Assembly: GCA_963702675.1 (NCBI GenBank)
Contig: CAVPDN010000011.1
Span: 8,430 to 72,429, forward strand
Direction: 5' to 3'
Origin: an uncultured Gemmatimonadaceae bacterium
GTDB lineage: Bacteria; Gemmatimonadota; Gemmatimonadetes; Gemmatimonadales; Gemmatimonadaceae
DNA: 64,000 nucleotides
Shown here: piece after piece, positions 49,699 through 60,993 of the stretch
How the letters are laid out: each line of letters starts with the position of its first letter
How positions within the stretch are numbered: position 1 is the first letter of the stretch
Notes under the pieces: model-generated
Database searches by the model: none
The model's input: only the letters and a program-made list of their open reading frames with translations
What the model was told of the DNA's origin: nothing
Program-made: the position numbers and the translations under genes

Positions 49699-50471
49699 GC
49701 CGTGGTCGAGTAGAGGTCGCGCGGATAGATGACCGCGTCGAGAAAGAGCGCGTGCGGCGGCGCCGGCGCCGACGTGCCGCTGTTGTCGGACTCGCCTAAC
49801 AGAACGGCAATGGCGTTTGCATCGCGGCGCCCGCTCGCGGCGTCGGCCATCGTGCCGACGAGGAATCGCACCATGTGATGGAGAAACCGGTTGGCTTCGA
49901 TCTCGAACACCAAGCCGCCGGGCCGTTCACGCCACTCGGCGCGCGCAATGGTGCAGCGATGGCTGTCGCGCTCGGAGGCCGTGCCTTTCACGGCGAACGC
50001 GCGAAAGCAGTGCTCGCCGCACACCGCCGCGGCGCTCATGGCGAGGATGCGCGGATCGAGCTCGCGGTCGAGCGCCCACTCGACGCGTCGCCTAAACGGC
50101 GAGCGCGCGGCGTCGTCAGTGCCAATGTGATAGCTATAGCGTCGCGATATGGCATCGAAGCGTGCGTGAAAGGCCGGCGCCATCTCGTGCGCCGCGGCCA
50201 CCCACACGTCCCGCGGCAGCACGCCGTTCAGCGCACGTCGCAGCGCCGACGCGGTCCACCGCTCTGGAACTCGGACTCCGACCGCCTGGCCGCGTGCGTG
50301 CACACCCGCGTCGGTTCGGCCGGCGCCAAGCGCGGCCACGGGTCGCGAGCAAATGTGGCCCAACGCGTCCTCGAGCTCCCCCTGCACGGTGCGCTCCCGC
50401 GGCTGTCGCTGCCATCCGGCGAACCCGGCGCCATCGTAGTGCAGCACCAGTTGCACGGTGCGCTCCGGCAT
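49695..50471 (-). CDS. truA: tRNA pseudouridine(38-40) synthase
   Basis: YDGAGFAGWQRQP, GAGRTDAGVHARGQ, FLHHMVR. Confidence 0.9.
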   Translation of the reverse strand: MPERTVQLVLHYDGAGFAGWQRQPRERTVQGELEDALGHICSRPVAALGAGRTDAGVHARGQAVGVRVPERWTASALRRALNGVLPRDVWVAAAHEMAPAFHARFDAISRRYSYHIGTDDAARSPFRRRVEWALDRELDPRILAMSAAAVCGEHCFRAFAVKGTASERDSHRCTIARAEWRERPGGLVFEIEANRFLHHMVRFLVGTMADAASGRRDANAIAVLLGESDNSGTSAPAPPHALFLDAVIYPRDLYSTTA

Positions 50472-50612
50472 GTGTCGGAAACTATCCGCGTGCCCTCTGG
50501 TGTCAAGCGAGATCGCGTGAGCGAAACGATTGACAGCTCGATACCTACGCCTCTAGTTTGACGAACCCGCTCAAGGCTCCGCAGTCCGTCACACGGCGGC
50601 CAACCAACACAC

Positions 50613-51926
50613 ATGCCTCCTCGCACACTCGCGTCCCTGGCGCACGCCCTCGGTGCCGCCTCGGATTTGGACGCTGCCTTCGTGGCGTTGGGCGAGGCGT
50701 TGGCCGAAGTCGACCGCTCGACGCACATCGTGCTGCTGTCGTTCGATGTGCGCCGCCAGCTCTTCACCGACAAACGCACGCCCGAGAACGGACGCGTCGC
50801 GCGCGCCCGCGTCGACACCACATTCGACCATTTGCCGGCGCGGCTGCGCACGGTGATCGGCGCCGGCGGACAATTTGCCGACGCGGGCGACGAGTCGGAT
50901 GAGTTCGGGCGCTTCTTCGGACTCGAGAACGCGCTCAACGAAGAGGGACTGCTCGCGCTGCGCGGCATTCTGGTGGACGGGCACCTGAGCTCAGTGGTGG
51001 GGCTGTACGAGCCGCGCCGCTTCTTCGGCACGCGCGTGATGGAGCGGTTCGCGCCGTACGTCGCGCTGTTCGAGCTCGCCTATGCGCGATTCGCCGAGCA
51101 AGAGGCGCGCAACGAAGCCGTGCGAACGCTCGAGGATGTCACGCAGCGCGTGCACGGCGAGTACGTGAAGCACCTCGCGCATCTGGAGCGCGAGCTCGCC
51201 GCGGCGCGGAACACGCCGACCAGCGCGAGCGTCGTCGAGCCGGCGCGACTGCTGGCGTTGGAAGCCGAAGCGGCGCGCGCGCGCGAGGACGCTCGTCGCG
51301 CCACGCGGCGCGCGGAAGCGGTGGAAGGGCAGGTCGCAGCGGCCGTTGGGCAGCTCGAGCAGGCGCACGTCGAGCTGCACCGGCGCAGCGAAACGCTGCG
51401 CCAGAAGACGCGCACGCTCTATCTCATCGATCGCGTGTTGTCGCTCGACGCGTCGACCGCCGACCCGCGCCAGTTGGCCGACGGGTTGCTCGCGCTGGTG
51501 GGCGACGACATGCAAGCCCAACGCTGCTCGCTCGTGTTGCGCGTGCCCGATGCGCAGGAGCTCTACATCGCGGCCGCCAAGGGGTTGTCGCCCGATGTCA
51601 TGGAAGGCCGGCGCATCAAGATGGGATTCGGCGTCTCGGGCAAGGTGGCGGCGAGCCGGCAGCCGGTGTTGGTCACCGACGTCGCGCAGGCGCGCGCGCA
51701 TCCCCTCATCGGCGACGAGTATTTCACGACGGGATCGTTCATCAGCTTTCCGTTAGTCTATCACGACGATCTCGTGGGCGTGGTGAATCTGACGAACCGC
51801 GTGCAGCGCGGCGTGTTCATGGAAGAAGACGTGGAGCGCGTGCGTCTGCTGGCGCTGGTCATCTCGCTCATCGCGTCGCACGCGGCGCTGCGCGAGCGGC
51901 TGTTCGAGACGATCGGTGTCCACTGA
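50613..51926 (+). CDS. coiled-coil plus C-terminal GAF domain protein
   Basis: Ala/Arg/Glu-rich coiled coil, then a GAF-like block CSLVLRV..ELYIAAAKG...GFGVSGKVA..RQPVLVTDV...SFISFPLVYHDDLVGVVNL. Confidence 0.65.
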   Translation: MPPRTLASLAHALGAASDLDAAFVALGEALAEVDRSTHIVLLSFDVRRQLFTDKRTPENGRVARARVDTTFDHLPARLRTVIGAGGQFADAGDESDEFGRFFGLENALNEEGLLALRGILVDGHLSSVVGLYEPRRFFGTRVMERFAPYVALFELAYARFAEQEARNEAVRTLEDVTQRVHGEYVKHLAHLERELAAARNTPTSASVVEPARLLALEAEAARAREDARRATRRAEAVEGQVAAAVGQLEQAHVELHRRSETLRQKTRTLYLIDRVLSLDASTADPRQLADGLLALVGDDMQAQRCSLVLRVPDAQELYIAAAKGLSPDVMEGRRIKMGFGVSGKVAASRQPVLVTDVAQARAHPLIGDEYFTTGSFISFPLVYHDDLVGVVNLTNRVQRGVFMEEDVERVRLLALVISLIASHAALRERLFETIGVH

Positions 51927-52954
51927 CGCGCTGGCGCACGCGCTGCGGCAGCTCGCGGACCATCGAGTCGCTGACCGAAGACGAAACCGCCGCCGCGTTC
52001 GATGTGATCATGCGCGGCAATGCGAGGCCGTCGCAGGTGGGCGCTCTGCTCATGGCGCTGCGCGTCAAGGGCGAGACGCCGGACGAAATCGCGGGCGCGG
52101 CGCGCGCGCTGCGCACCGTGATGGTCCAATTGCCCACCGATGATCCCGATGGACTCGTGGACACGTGCGGGACCGGCGGCGGCAAAGTCGCGACGTTCAA
52201 CATCTCGACCGCGGCGGCCTTGGTGGCCGCGGGCGCCGGCGTGCGCATCGCCAAGCACGGCAACCGCTCCTTCACCACGCGATCGGGCAGCGCCGACGTG
52301 CTCGAAGCGTTAGGCGTGAACATCGAGCAATCGGTCGACGCGATGCGGCGCACGCTGGACTCGGCCGGCATCGTGTTCATGTTCGCCCCGCGCATGCACC
52401 CGGCCATGAAGCACGTGGGACAGGTGCGCAGCGAGCTGGCGATCGGCACGCTCATGAACATGGTCGGGCCGCTGGCGAATCCGGCGTCGGCGGGGCGACA
52501 GGTGGTCGGCGTATCCGAGCCGGCGCGCCTCCCGCTGCTGGCGGGCGCGCTGGCTGCGTTAGGCAGCCGCCACGCGCTGGTGGTGTACGGCGAGCCGGGC
52601 ATGGACGAGATCTCGCCGCTCGGCTGCACGGATGTCCGGGAGGTGCGCGATGGCCGGCTCGCCACGGCGTGGCAGCTGGACCCGGACGAGCACGGGGCAG
52701 CCACGTCGCCTAACGCTCCAGGGCTGGCGGGCGGCTCGCCGCAGGAGAACGCGCACAGCATCGTCGAGATCGTCAGCGGACGCCGCCAGGGCGTCCAGCG
52801 CTCGGCGGTCCAACTCAACGCGGCCGCGGCGATCTACGTATCGGGCCGGGTCGCGACGTTCGGCGACGCGATGCGCGTCGCCGACTTGGCGCTGCGGGAC
52901 GGCGTGGGGTTGGCGGCGCTCGAGCGGCTGCGCGAGTCGAGCCGCCGCGCCTAA
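51916..52954 (+). pseudogene. trpD: anthranilate phosphoribosyltransferase, one frameshift near 51962
   Basis: GTG start overlapping the upstream stop. QVGALLMALRVKGET, DTCGTGGG, KHGNRS, MNMVGPLANP. The stop TAA lies inside GCCTAAC. Confidence 0.88.
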
Positions 52955-52956
52955 CG

Positions 52957-53565
52957 TCAGTAGCGGCGCAACACGCCGACCACGACCCCCTGAATCGTCA
53001 CGTCGTTCTCGTGCACGTACATCGGCGACATCGTCTCGTTGGCCGGCTGCAGCCGAATGCGTCCGTCCCGCTCCCGATAGAACTTCTTGACCGTGGCCGC
53101 CGTGTTGTCGATGAGCGCGATGACCGTGTCGCCGTTGTCCACCGAGCGCCGCTCGTTGATCACGACGAAGTCGCCGTCGCGAATCTGCTCGTCGATCATC
53201 GAGTTGCCGCGCACGCGCAAGACGAAGTGATTCCCGGCGCGCCCAACGAACGATTCGGGAACGCTCACCGTTTCGTTCACTTCGATGGCTTCGATGGGCA
53301 TACCGGCCGCGACGCTTCCCAAGAGCGGCAACTCGACCGCGCGCGGATAGGCATCGGATGGCAGAATTTCGATCGCTCGACTTTCGTTGTACGCGCGCTT
53401 GATGTAGCCCTTGCGTTCGAGATTCGTGAGGTGCTCGTGGACCGTGGCCAGCGAGTTATAGTTGAACTGACGCGCAATCTCCTCGAAGCTCGGCGCGTAT
53501 CCGTTCTGTTCCGCGTACGTGCCGAGATAGGTGAGGATCTCGCGTTGCCGCTTCGTGAGCGCCAT
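52957..53565 (-). CDS. lexA: LexA repressor
   Basis: MALTKRQREILTYL, wHTH, the AAG cleavage site in VAAGMPIEA, GNSM (Ser) and TVKKF (Lys). Convergent with trpD, with only 2 nt between the stops. Confidence 0.93.
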   Translation of the reverse strand: MALTKRQREILTYLGTYAEQNGYAPSFEEIARQFNYNSLATVHEHLTNLERKGYIKRAYNESRAIEILPSDAYPRAVELPLLGSVAAGMPIEAIEVNETVSVPESFVGRAGNHFVLRVRGNSMIDEQIRDGDFVVINERRSVDNGDTVIALIDNTAATVKKFYRERDGRIRLQPANETMSPMYVHENDVTIQGVVVGVLRRY

Positions 53566-53730
53566 GCTGTCCCCGCGTGAGAGACCAGTAAAATGGAGGC
53601 ATCGGTCTGCCCGGCTTCGAGCGGACCCGACGCTGCCTTCCGTTCCCGAATGGACTCCGAATTGCACGATAGCCGAAGATCGACCGAAGCGCAAGCCTCC
53701 CCATCTATTACATGGGTCCCGCCTACCGGT

Positions 53731-54525
53731 GTGTTGGGCGGGATCGTCGCCGAAGCGTATGAGCGCGTGGATCGGCTGCGATCCGATCGCGCACTGCTTG
53801 CCGCGCTCGAGCGTGAGGCTCAGGATGCGCCGCGTCCGCCGTCGTTCCGAGCGGCGCTTCGGCAGCCAATGGTGTCGGTGATCGCCGAGGTGAAGCGGCG
53901 CTCGCCGTCCATGGGGTCGATCAACGCGTCGCTCACGGCCGCGGCGCAGGCGTCTGCGTACGCGGCCGGCGGCGCGGCGGCGGTGTCCGTCCTAACGGAA
54001 CCGGTCCACTTCGGCGGGTCGCTGGACGACCTGCGCGACGCGCGCGCGGCGGCCGGCGTGCCGCTCCTGCGGAAGGACTTTCACGTCGACGAGCTCCAGT
54101 TGCTCGAGGCGCGCGCTGCCGGCGCGTCGGCGGCGCTGCTCATCGCGCGCGCCGTGCCGCCGGACACACTGCACCGGTTGGTCGCGTTCGCGTTGTCGAT
54201 GGACCTGGAACCGTTGGTGGAAGTACGGAGCACGGTCGAGCTCGAGCGCGCGGTGGCCGCGGGCGCGCGCGTCATCGGCGTGAACAATCGCGATCTCGAG
54301 ACGTTGCAGATCGAACCGGACGTGGGCGACACGATCGTCAGGCTCGTGCCCACGGAGTGCGTGGCGATCGCCGAGAGCGGCGTGCGCGGCGTGGAGGACG
54401 TCGAACGCGCCGCGCGCGCCGGAGCGGATGCGGTGCTCGTCGGCTCGAGCGTGTCGGCGTCGGCCGATCCCGCGGCGGCAGTGAAAGGCCTAACGGGCGT
54501 GCCGCGGAGCGGACGTGGCGGTTGA
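53731..54525 (+). CDS. trpC: indole-3-glycerol phosphate synthase; start uncertain (GTG 53731 or TTG 53734)
   Basis: VIAEVKRRSPS, AVSVLTEPVHFGGS, LRKDF, GVNNRDL, AESG. Confidence 0.85.
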   Translation: MLGGIVAEAYERVDRLRSDRALLAALEREAQDAPRPPSFRAALRQPMVSVIAEVKRRSPSMGSINASLTAAAQASAYAAGGAAAVSVLTEPVHFGGSLDDLRDARAAAGVPLLRKDFHVDELQLLEARAAGASAALLIARAVPPDTLHRLVAFALSMDLEPLVEVRSTVELERAVAAGARVIGVNNRDLETLQIEPDVGDTIVRLVPTECVAIAESGVRGVEDVERAARAGADAVLVGSSVSASADPAAAVKGLTGVPRSGRGG

Positions 54526-55171
54526 CATCAAGTTCTGCGGTCTGACGCGTCCCGCGGACGCGGCGCAGGTGGGATCGCACGGCGCCGCATACGCGGGCGT
54601 CGTGATGGCGAGCGGCCCCAGGCGATTGGATCCGGCCCGCGCGGCGTTGGTGCTCGACGCGTTGTCGGCGGGCGTCAAACGGGCCGCGGTGTTCGGCACG
54701 CAGTCCGTGGAGGAAATCGCGGACATTGCGCGCCGACTGCGGCTGGACGTCGCGCAATTGCACGGCGATCCATCGGTGGCCGCCGTACGCGACATGCGCG
54801 CCGCGCTCGAGTCGCCAACGGCCGTATGGGCCGTGGTGCGCGTGACCGACGGAGACCAAGCGGCCCGACGCATTGCCGAGCTGGACGGTGTGGCCGACGG
54901 GATTCTGCTGGATGCCGCCGTCGCCGGCGCCCTGGGCGGGTCGGGCGCCGCATTCGATTGGAGCGCGTTCCCCGCTGACGCCCGTCCACGACGCAGCACC
55001 TTCATCGTGGCCGGCGGGCTAACGCCGGACAACGTGGCCCAAGCCATCCGCGCGTTCCACCCCAATGTCGTCGACGTATCGTCCGGCATCGAGCGGGCGC
55101 GCGGCGTCAAAGACCCCGAACGGATGCGCGAATTCGCGCAGGCCGTGCTTCACGAGAACCAACGCGTATGA
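54515..55171 (+). CDS. trpF: phosphoribosylanthranilate isomerase
   Basis: [42 protein letters not shown]. Confidence 0.85.
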   Translation: MAVDIKFCGLTRPADAAQVGSHGAAYAGVVMASGPRRLDPARAALVLDALSAGVKRAAVFGTQSVEEIADIARRLRLDVAQLHGDPSVAAVRDMRAALESPTAVWAVVRVTDGDQAARRIAELDGVADGILLDAAVAGALGGSGAAFDWSAFPADARPRRSTFIVAGGLTPDNVAQAIRAFHPNVVDVSSGIERARGVKDPERMREFAQAVLHENQRV

Positions 55172-56361
55172 CAATCGTCGAGAGGCAGGACCGCTTCGGC
55201 GCGTTCGGCGGCCGCTACGTGCCCGAGACCCTGGTCCCGGCGCTCGATCAGTTGGAAGAGGAGTATGAGCGGGCCATGGCGGACGCCGCGTTTCGCTCGG
55301 AGCTGGACAGTTTGCTCCGTACCTACGTCGGTCGTCCATCCCCGTTGAGTGATGCGCCGCGCTTTTCCGAGCTGGTCGGAGCGCCCGTGTACCTGAAACG
55401 GGAAGACCTCAACCACACTGGCGCGCACAAGATCAACAACACCGTCGGACAGGCGTTGCTCGCCCGGCGGATGGGCAAGCGACGGATCATTGCCGAGACC
55501 GGCGCCGGACAGCACGGCGTTGCCACGGCCACAGTGTGCGCGCGGTTCGGTCTCGAGTGCGTGGTGTACATGGGCGAGGAGGACATGCGGCGTCAGGCGC
55601 TCAATGTCTTCCGGATGCGGCTCATGGGCGCGGACGTGCGTCCGGTGACGTCAGGAACCAAGACGTTGAAGGATGCCACGAGCGAAGCAATTCGCGACTG
55701 GGTAACGAACGTGACTGATAGCCACTACATCATCGGCTCGGTCGTGGGACCGGCACCGTATCCGCGCATCGTGCGCGATCTGCAGTCGATCATCGGCACC
55801 GAAGCACGCGCGCAGATGGTGGAGCGAGCGGGCCGGCTGCCGGCGACGGTGGTGGCGTGCGTCGGTGGCGGCTCCAACGCCATGGGCATTTTTCACGCGT
55901 TCGTGGGCGATCGCGACGTGGAATTGGTCGGCGTCGAAGCGGCCGGCGATGGGCTCGACACCGAGCGCCATTCGGCGTCGCTCTCCAGGGGCCGCCCCGG
56001 TGTGCTGCACGGATCGCTCAGCTACCTGCTGCAGGATGCGCACGGCCAGGTGCATCCGGCGCACTCGATCTCGGCGGGTCTCGACTATCCCGGCGTTGGT
56101 CCCGAGCATTCGTACCTCAAGCAATCGGGTCGCGCGCGGTACGTGTCGGTCACCGACGCGCAGGCGTTGGACGGCTTTCAGATGTTGAGCCGTCTCGAGG
56201 GCATCATTCCCGCGCTCGAGACCGCGCACGCGGTATCGTGGGTGGCGAACGAGCGCGGGCGTTGGGCATCCGACGCGCCGGTGCTCATCTGCGTGAGCGG
56301 TCGCGGCGACAAGGATGTGATGCAAGTGAGCGAGATCTTGACCTCCGACGCGGACGCGTGA
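55168..56361 (+). CDS. trpB: tryptophan synthase beta chain
   Basis: Intact 397 aa. [21 protein letters not shown] (PLP Lys), [18 protein letters not shown]. Confidence 0.95.
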   Translation: MTIVERQDRFGAFGGRYVPETLVPALDQLEEEYERAMADAAFRSELDSLLRTYVGRPSPLSDAPRFSELVGAPVYLKREDLNHTGAHKINNTVGQALLARRMGKRRIIAETGAGQHGVATATVCARFGLECVVYMGEEDMRRQALNVFRMRLMGADVRPVTSGTKTLKDATSEAIRDWVTNVTDSHYIIGSVVGPAPYPRIVRDLQSIIGTEARAQMVERAGRLPATVVACVGGGSNAMGIFHAFVGDRDVELVGVEAAGDGLDTERHSASLSRGRPGVLHGSLSYLLQDAHGQVHPAHSISAGLDYPGVGPEHSYLKQSGRARYVSVTDAQALDGFQMLSRLEGIIPALETAHAVSWVANERGRWASDAPVLICVSGRGDKDVMQVSEILTSDADA

Positions 56362-58100
56362 CAGCCACCACGGCCACCGCCGCGGCAGCCCCGCTGACCG
56401 CCGAGCACGCGCTTCCCGAGCCGCCATTCCCGCCGCAGCTCGTGGAGGAATTCGTGCGCCATTTCGTGCGCGCGGTCAAGACGCACCAGCTGTACCTGCC
56501 TAACAATCCGATTTACCAGCGGTCCATCGACGGATTGCGCGCGTCGTTCGTGCCGATCTGGGAGGTCACCACCGAGCTCGTGCTGCAGATCTCGGAATCG
56601 GAGTTCCGGTGGATGGGGCGCAGCGTGCACCACGAGGGCTCGCGCTCGGAGAGCCTGCCGTGGGTGTTCTACAAGGACGGCCTGCGCGAGCTGACGATCA
56701 TGCAGGGCTTCGATCAGGACGAGGTCGCGACGCTGCTCGACATCATGCAGCGGGTGCGCAAGGCCTCGCCCGACGAAGACGATCTGCTGACGCTGCTCTG
56801 GGAGCAGGAGTTCGCGTACCTCCGCTACCGGTTCATCGACATCGGCGAAGCGTTAGGCGGCGACATCATGGACGCCGCGGAAGCGGCGGCGGCGGCGGCG
56901 AACGATCCCGATCATCCGGCGCCCGTGATCTCGGTATCCGACATCCGCGACAATGTCGCGGAGACGGAGCACAAGGGCATCGTGAAGCTCGAGGAGCTGG
57001 ACGGATCGCTCTACTTCCTGGACGAGCACGAGATCGACTATCTGCGCGAGGCCGTGCAGAAAGAGCAGACGCTCAACCTGCGCCGCAACGTGCTGGCGAT
57101 CCTGTTCGACATCGCGGAGACGCAACCGGCGCCCGAGGCGCGCGACGAAGTCTGCACGACCCTCGAGCAGATCATGCCGCACCTGCTCGCGGCGGGCGAC
57201 TACGGCGCGGTCGCGCTGCTGTTGCGCGAGGCCGCCGTGGTGCTCAAACGGGCGACCGATCTCGCGCCCGCGCATCGCGCGCGGTTCTCGGCCTTACCGG
57301 GACTCATCAGCAATCCGGCGGTGCTCCAGCAACTGCTCACGGCGCTCAACGACGCGACCACCGTGCCGCCGCAGGAGGATCTGGACGCCCTGTTCGAGCA
57401 GCTGCAAGGCGAGACGTTAGGCACGATTCTCTCCGGTCTCAAGCAGACCCAGCGCGCCGAGCTGCGCACGATGCTCGAGCGGACGGCGGCGCGGCTCGCG
57501 TCCTCGAACACGGCCGAGCTCCTCAAGCTGATCGCGGCCGAGGACGAGCAGGTGGCGCTCGAGGCAATGCGCCGCGCGGCCGATCTCAAGACGCCGGCGG
57601 CAGTGGGGCACTTGCTCAAGTGCCTGTCGCATCACGACGTGCCGCGCCGGTTAGGCGCGGTGCAGGCGCTGTCGGAGATCGGATCGCCGGGCGCGTTGCG
57701 GGCGCTCGAGTCGTCGCTCGACGACGCCGACCGCGACGTGCGGCTCACCGCCGTCCGGACGCTGAGCACCCGCGGCCACCGCGCGGCGCTGGCCAAGGTC
57801 GAGGCGGTGGTGAAGGGGGCGTCGGTGAAAGACGCGGACCTCACGGAGAAGATGGCCTACTTCGAGGCGTACGGACTGTTGGCCGGCAATGCCGGCATCC
57901 CGCAGCTCGATGGGCTGCTCAACGGACGCAGCGCGCTGCTGCGATTGCGCGTGGACGCGGATCTGCGCGCGTGCGCCGCCATGGCGTTAGGCCGGATCGG
58001 AACCGACAAGGCCTTCGAGGTGCTGCGCAAGGCGGCGGACGACAAGGACGTGCGCGTGCGCAGCGCGATCAACAAGGCCCTGAAGGGAGGCACGCAGTGA
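56358..58100 (+). CDS. HEAT-repeat protein with an N-terminal domain paralogous to that of the downstream HD-GYP protein
   Basis: GTG overlaps the trpB stop (GTGA). C-terminal HEAT/PBS-lyase-like repeats ([35 protein letters not shown]; [32 protein letters not shown]). Confidence 0.7.
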   Translation: MTATTATAAAAPLTAEHALPEPPFPPQLVEEFVRHFVRAVKTHQLYLPNNPIYQRSIDGLRASFVPIWEVTTELVLQISESEFRWMGRSVHHEGSRSESLPWVFYKDGLRELTIMQGFDQDEVATLLDIMQRVRKASPDEDDLLTLLWEQEFAYLRYRFIDIGEALGGDIMDAAEAAAAAANDPDHPAPVISVSDIRDNVAETEHKGIVKLEELDGSLYFLDEHEIDYLREAVQKEQTLNLRRNVLAILFDIAETQPAPEARDEVCTTLEQIMPHLLAAGDYGAVALLLREAAVVLKRATDLAPAHRARFSALPGLISNPAVLQQLLTALNDATTVPPQEDLDALFEQLQGETLGTILSGLKQTQRAELRTMLERTAARLASSNTAELLKLIAAEDEQVALEAMRRAADLKTPAAVGHLLKCLSHHDVPRRLGAVQALSEIGSPGALRALESSLDDADRDVRLTAVRTLSTRGHRAALAKVEAVVKGASVKDADLTEKMAYFEAYGLLAGNAGIPQLDGLLNGRSALLRLRVDADLRACAAMALGRIGTDKAFEVLRKAADDKDVRVRSAINKALKGGTQ

Positions 58101-59599
58101 CGTCCGCCCAACCCATCCACGCCGCGACCGGCACGTACGGCCCGCCGGCAACGCCGCAGGAAATCGGCGAGCGCGGGAGCGACGGGTTCATCCGGAAGGT
58201 CGGACGCGAGATGCTCATGGCGGTGTACGGCGCGCTGCGCACGGTCAAGATGTATCCGCCCGACAACCCGGTGGTGCAGAAGTCGCTCGACGATCTCGTC
58301 CGCCTCACGAACGACCTGTGGCGCCGCGAGCAGGAAGTCGACATCCGCTGCACGGGCGAATTCATCTTCATCAACGGCACGCGGCTCCGACTCGACCTCG
58401 ACAACTACGCGACGTTCAGCCGCATCATCTCGGCGTTCCGCGAAGCGGGTGCGGGGGTGTGCCGCGTCCGCGGCGATACCACGCCCCGCGACTGGGTGGT
58501 GTTCCTGACCGTGCTCCAGGCGCCGGAACAGGGCGAGCCGGACGAACGCCTTCAAGCGTTAGGCGACAAGCTCACCGCCGCCAGCGTGACGGTGTTCGAG
58601 CTGGGGCCGTTCTCGGCGGCCGACGCGGCCGACGCGGCGAGCCAGCTGCAGGCCAAGGAAGCCGCCAAGCGCACCTACGCGCAATCGGTGTCGGTGACCA
58701 AGGAGGTCATCAACTCGGTGCGCATGGGCAAGAGCCCGAACATCAAGAAGATCAAGCGCGTGGTGCAGGGGATCGTCGACCAGATTCTGAACGAGGAGAC
58801 GTCGCTCATCGGCCTCACCACGTTGCGCGACTACGACGAGTACACGTTCACGCACAGCGTCAACGTGTGCATCTTCTCCGTTGCGTTAGGCAGGAAGGTG
58901 GGCCTCACCCGGCTCCAGTTGTACGATCTGGGCGTGGGCGCGCTGATGCACGACGTGGGCAAGGCGCGGGTGCCGCTCGAGATCCTCAACAAGCCGGGAT
59001 CGCTCAACGAAGATGAGTGGCGGGCGGTGTGCGCGCACCCCTGGATGGGCGTGCTGCAGCTCTTCCAGATGCGGGGGCAGAACGACATCCCGTATCGCGC
59101 GATGGTCGTGGCCTTCGAGCACCACAAGAAGACCGACCTCACCGGCTACCCGCGTCACGTTAGGCCGAGGGAGCTGAGCATCTACAGCAAGGTGGTGGCG
59201 GTGTCGGACGCGTTCGACGCGGCCACGTCGCGCCGCGCCTATCAAACGGTGCCGCTGTCGCCGGCCGACGTGCTGCAGGAAATGCGCATCAACCCGCGCC
59301 GCGGCATGGATCAGGTGCTGGTGAAGGCGTTCATGAGCCTGGTGGGTCACTACCCGGTGGGCACCCTGGTGGTGCTCGATACCTTCGAGCTCGCGCTGGT
59401 GCACGCCGCCAACCCCTCCCCTGATGCGATCTCGCGGCCTATCGTAAAGATCGTCAGCGATGAGCGCGGCAACGTGCTCTTCCCGGGCGCGCTCGCGGAT
59501 CTCACCGATCGGGACGCGGCTGGCGTGTACAAGCGCACGATCATCAAGGTGGCAGACCCCGACCGCTATGGCATCCGCGTCAGCGACTACTACATCTGA
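58097..59599 (+). CDS. HD-GYP domain protein (probable c-di-GMP phosphodiesterase)
   Basis: GTG overlaps the upstream stop. HSVNV, GALMHDVGK, HH..TDLTGYP (GYP) and VSDAFDAATSRRAY motifs. Confidence 0.85.
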   Translation: MTSAQPIHAATGTYGPPATPQEIGERGSDGFIRKVGREMLMAVYGALRTVKMYPPDNPVVQKSLDDLVRLTNDLWRREQEVDIRCTGEFIFINGTRLRLDLDNYATFSRIISAFREAGAGVCRVRGDTTPRDWVVFLTVLQAPEQGEPDERLQALGDKLTAASVTVFELGPFSAADAADAASQLQAKEAAKRTYAQSVSVTKEVINSVRMGKSPNIKKIKRVVQGIVDQILNEETSLIGLTTLRDYDEYTFTHSVNVCIFSVALGRKVGLTRLQLYDLGVGALMHDVGKARVPLEILNKPGSLNEDEWRAVCAHPWMGVLQLFQMRGQNDIPYRAMVVAFEHHKKTDLTGYPRHVRPRELSIYSKVVAVSDAFDAATSRRAYQTVPLSPADVLQEMRINPRRGMDQVLVKAFMSLVGHYPVGTLVVLDTFELALVHAANPSPDAISRPIVKIVSDERGNVLFPGALADLTDRDAAGVYKRTIIKVADPDRYGIRVSDYYI

Positions 59600-59602
59600 T
59601 CA

Positions 59603-60378
59603 GTGCTGCCCAACGATTTGCTGCGCTCGCCGAGCGGCGGCGTAAGGCGCTCGTCGCGTACATCACTGCCGGACATCCCGATCGCGCCCGCTCGCTCGCG
59701 TTGATGCGCGCGGTAGCGCGCGCCGGCGCCGACATCATCGAACTCGGCGTTCCGTTTTCGGATCCGTTGGCCGACGGCCCCGTGATACAGGCCAGCTCGC
59801 AGGAAGCGCTCGAGCACGGGATGACGTTCGACGGTGCGCTCGATCTCATCGCCGACGCGGCGGTCGACGTTCCCGTCGTCGTATTCACGTACCTGAATCC
59901 GTTATTGGCGGCGGGCGATGACGCGCTCGACCGCGCCGCGCAGGCCGGCGCGAGCGGACTCCTGCTCACCGATCTGCCGGTTGGCGCGGACCCGCCGCTC
60001 GAGGCGCGGATCGCCGCCGGCCCGCTCGCGTTCGTGCGGCTCGTGGCGCCCACGACGCCGTCGGCGCGGATGGCCGAGATCGCGCAGCGCGGCAGCGGGT
60101 TCGTGTATCTCATCAGCCGGTTAGGCGTGACCGGCGTCCGCGACGACGTGCCGGCCGACCTGCCGGCCACGGTCGAGCGCCTGCGCGCGGCGGCGTCGCT
60201 GCCGATCTGCGTCGGGTTCGGGATCGCGCGTCCCGAGCAGGCGGTGGCGGTGGCGCGGCTCGCCGACGGCGTCGTGGTGGGCAGCGCGCTAGTCCGGCAC
60301 GCTGGACAGAGCGTGGAGGCGGCGGCATCGTTCGTGGCGTCGCTCCGCGCCGCGCTCGATGCGGATGCGCCCGCCTAA
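59603..60378 (+). pseudogene. trpA: tryptophan synthase alpha chain, one frameshift near 59614
   Basis: GTG 59603, then a frame change into FAALAERRRKALVAYITAGHPD. ELGVPFSDPLADGPVIQ, GFVYLISRLGVTG, GFGI. The stop TAA lies inside GCCTAAC. Confidence 0.88.
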
Positions 60379-60419
60379 CGCAAAGTCCCGCATCATTCAC
60401 CAACCCTTTTCAACCTCCC

Positions 60420-60941
60420 ATGACTGTACATCCGCGGCTGCTCCTGGTGCTCGCCGCCTCGCTGCCAATCTGCGCCTCGCGGGCCCTGGCGCAGTATGCC
60501 ACGCCGCGCGGCCAGTCGATTGCCGGCATTGCCTGCGATGCGCAGGAAGGCCAGCGCATCCACATCCATCAGCATTGGCGATCTACGATCACGGCAAGCC
60601 GGTCCCGGTGCCGTATGACGTGGGACGCCCGAGCGGGGCGCCGTGTTTGTACTGGCTGCACACGCACACGCCCGACGGCATCATCCACATCGAAGCACCG
60701 GTGAACCGGTCGTTCACGCTCGGCGATTTCTTCGACGTGTGGATCCAGCCGCTGAGCCGCACGGACGCGTCGAGCGCGGAGCTGCAGAAAGGCGAGCACC
60801 TGCAAAATGTGGGTGGACGGCGCTCCGTACACGGGCGATCCGCGCGCGATCAAACTCGGCGACCATACCGACATCGTGATCGAAGTCGGGCCGCCGTACC
60901 GCACACCGGCCAAGTTCACCGCCTGGAACGGCGCGCAGTAA
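60420..60941 (+). pseudogene. secreted hypothetical protein (signal peptide, His-rich HTHTPDGIIHIE motif), 2 apparent frameshifts
   Basis: MTVHPRLLLVLAASLPICASRALA leader. Pieces lie in frames 60420-60704 and 60359-60997, plus the terminal KMWVDGAPYTGDPRAIKLGDHTDIVIEVGPPY...NGAQ*. Confidence 0.5.
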
Positions 60942-60993
60942 CGGCGCGCCGAACCGTCGCGCCAAGAACGGCGCGCCGTCGAGCGGCGCCTGC

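Noticed and set aside
53566-53730. An SOS box or trp attenuator in the lexA-trpC divergent region.
   Set aside because: No convincing palindrome of the known LexA-box types (CTGT-N8-ACAG, GAAC-N4-GTTC, GTTC-N7-GTTC) is present. There are only a weak AGACC-N17-GGTCT and four loosely spaced CCGAA repeats. I saw no leader peptide with Trp codons.
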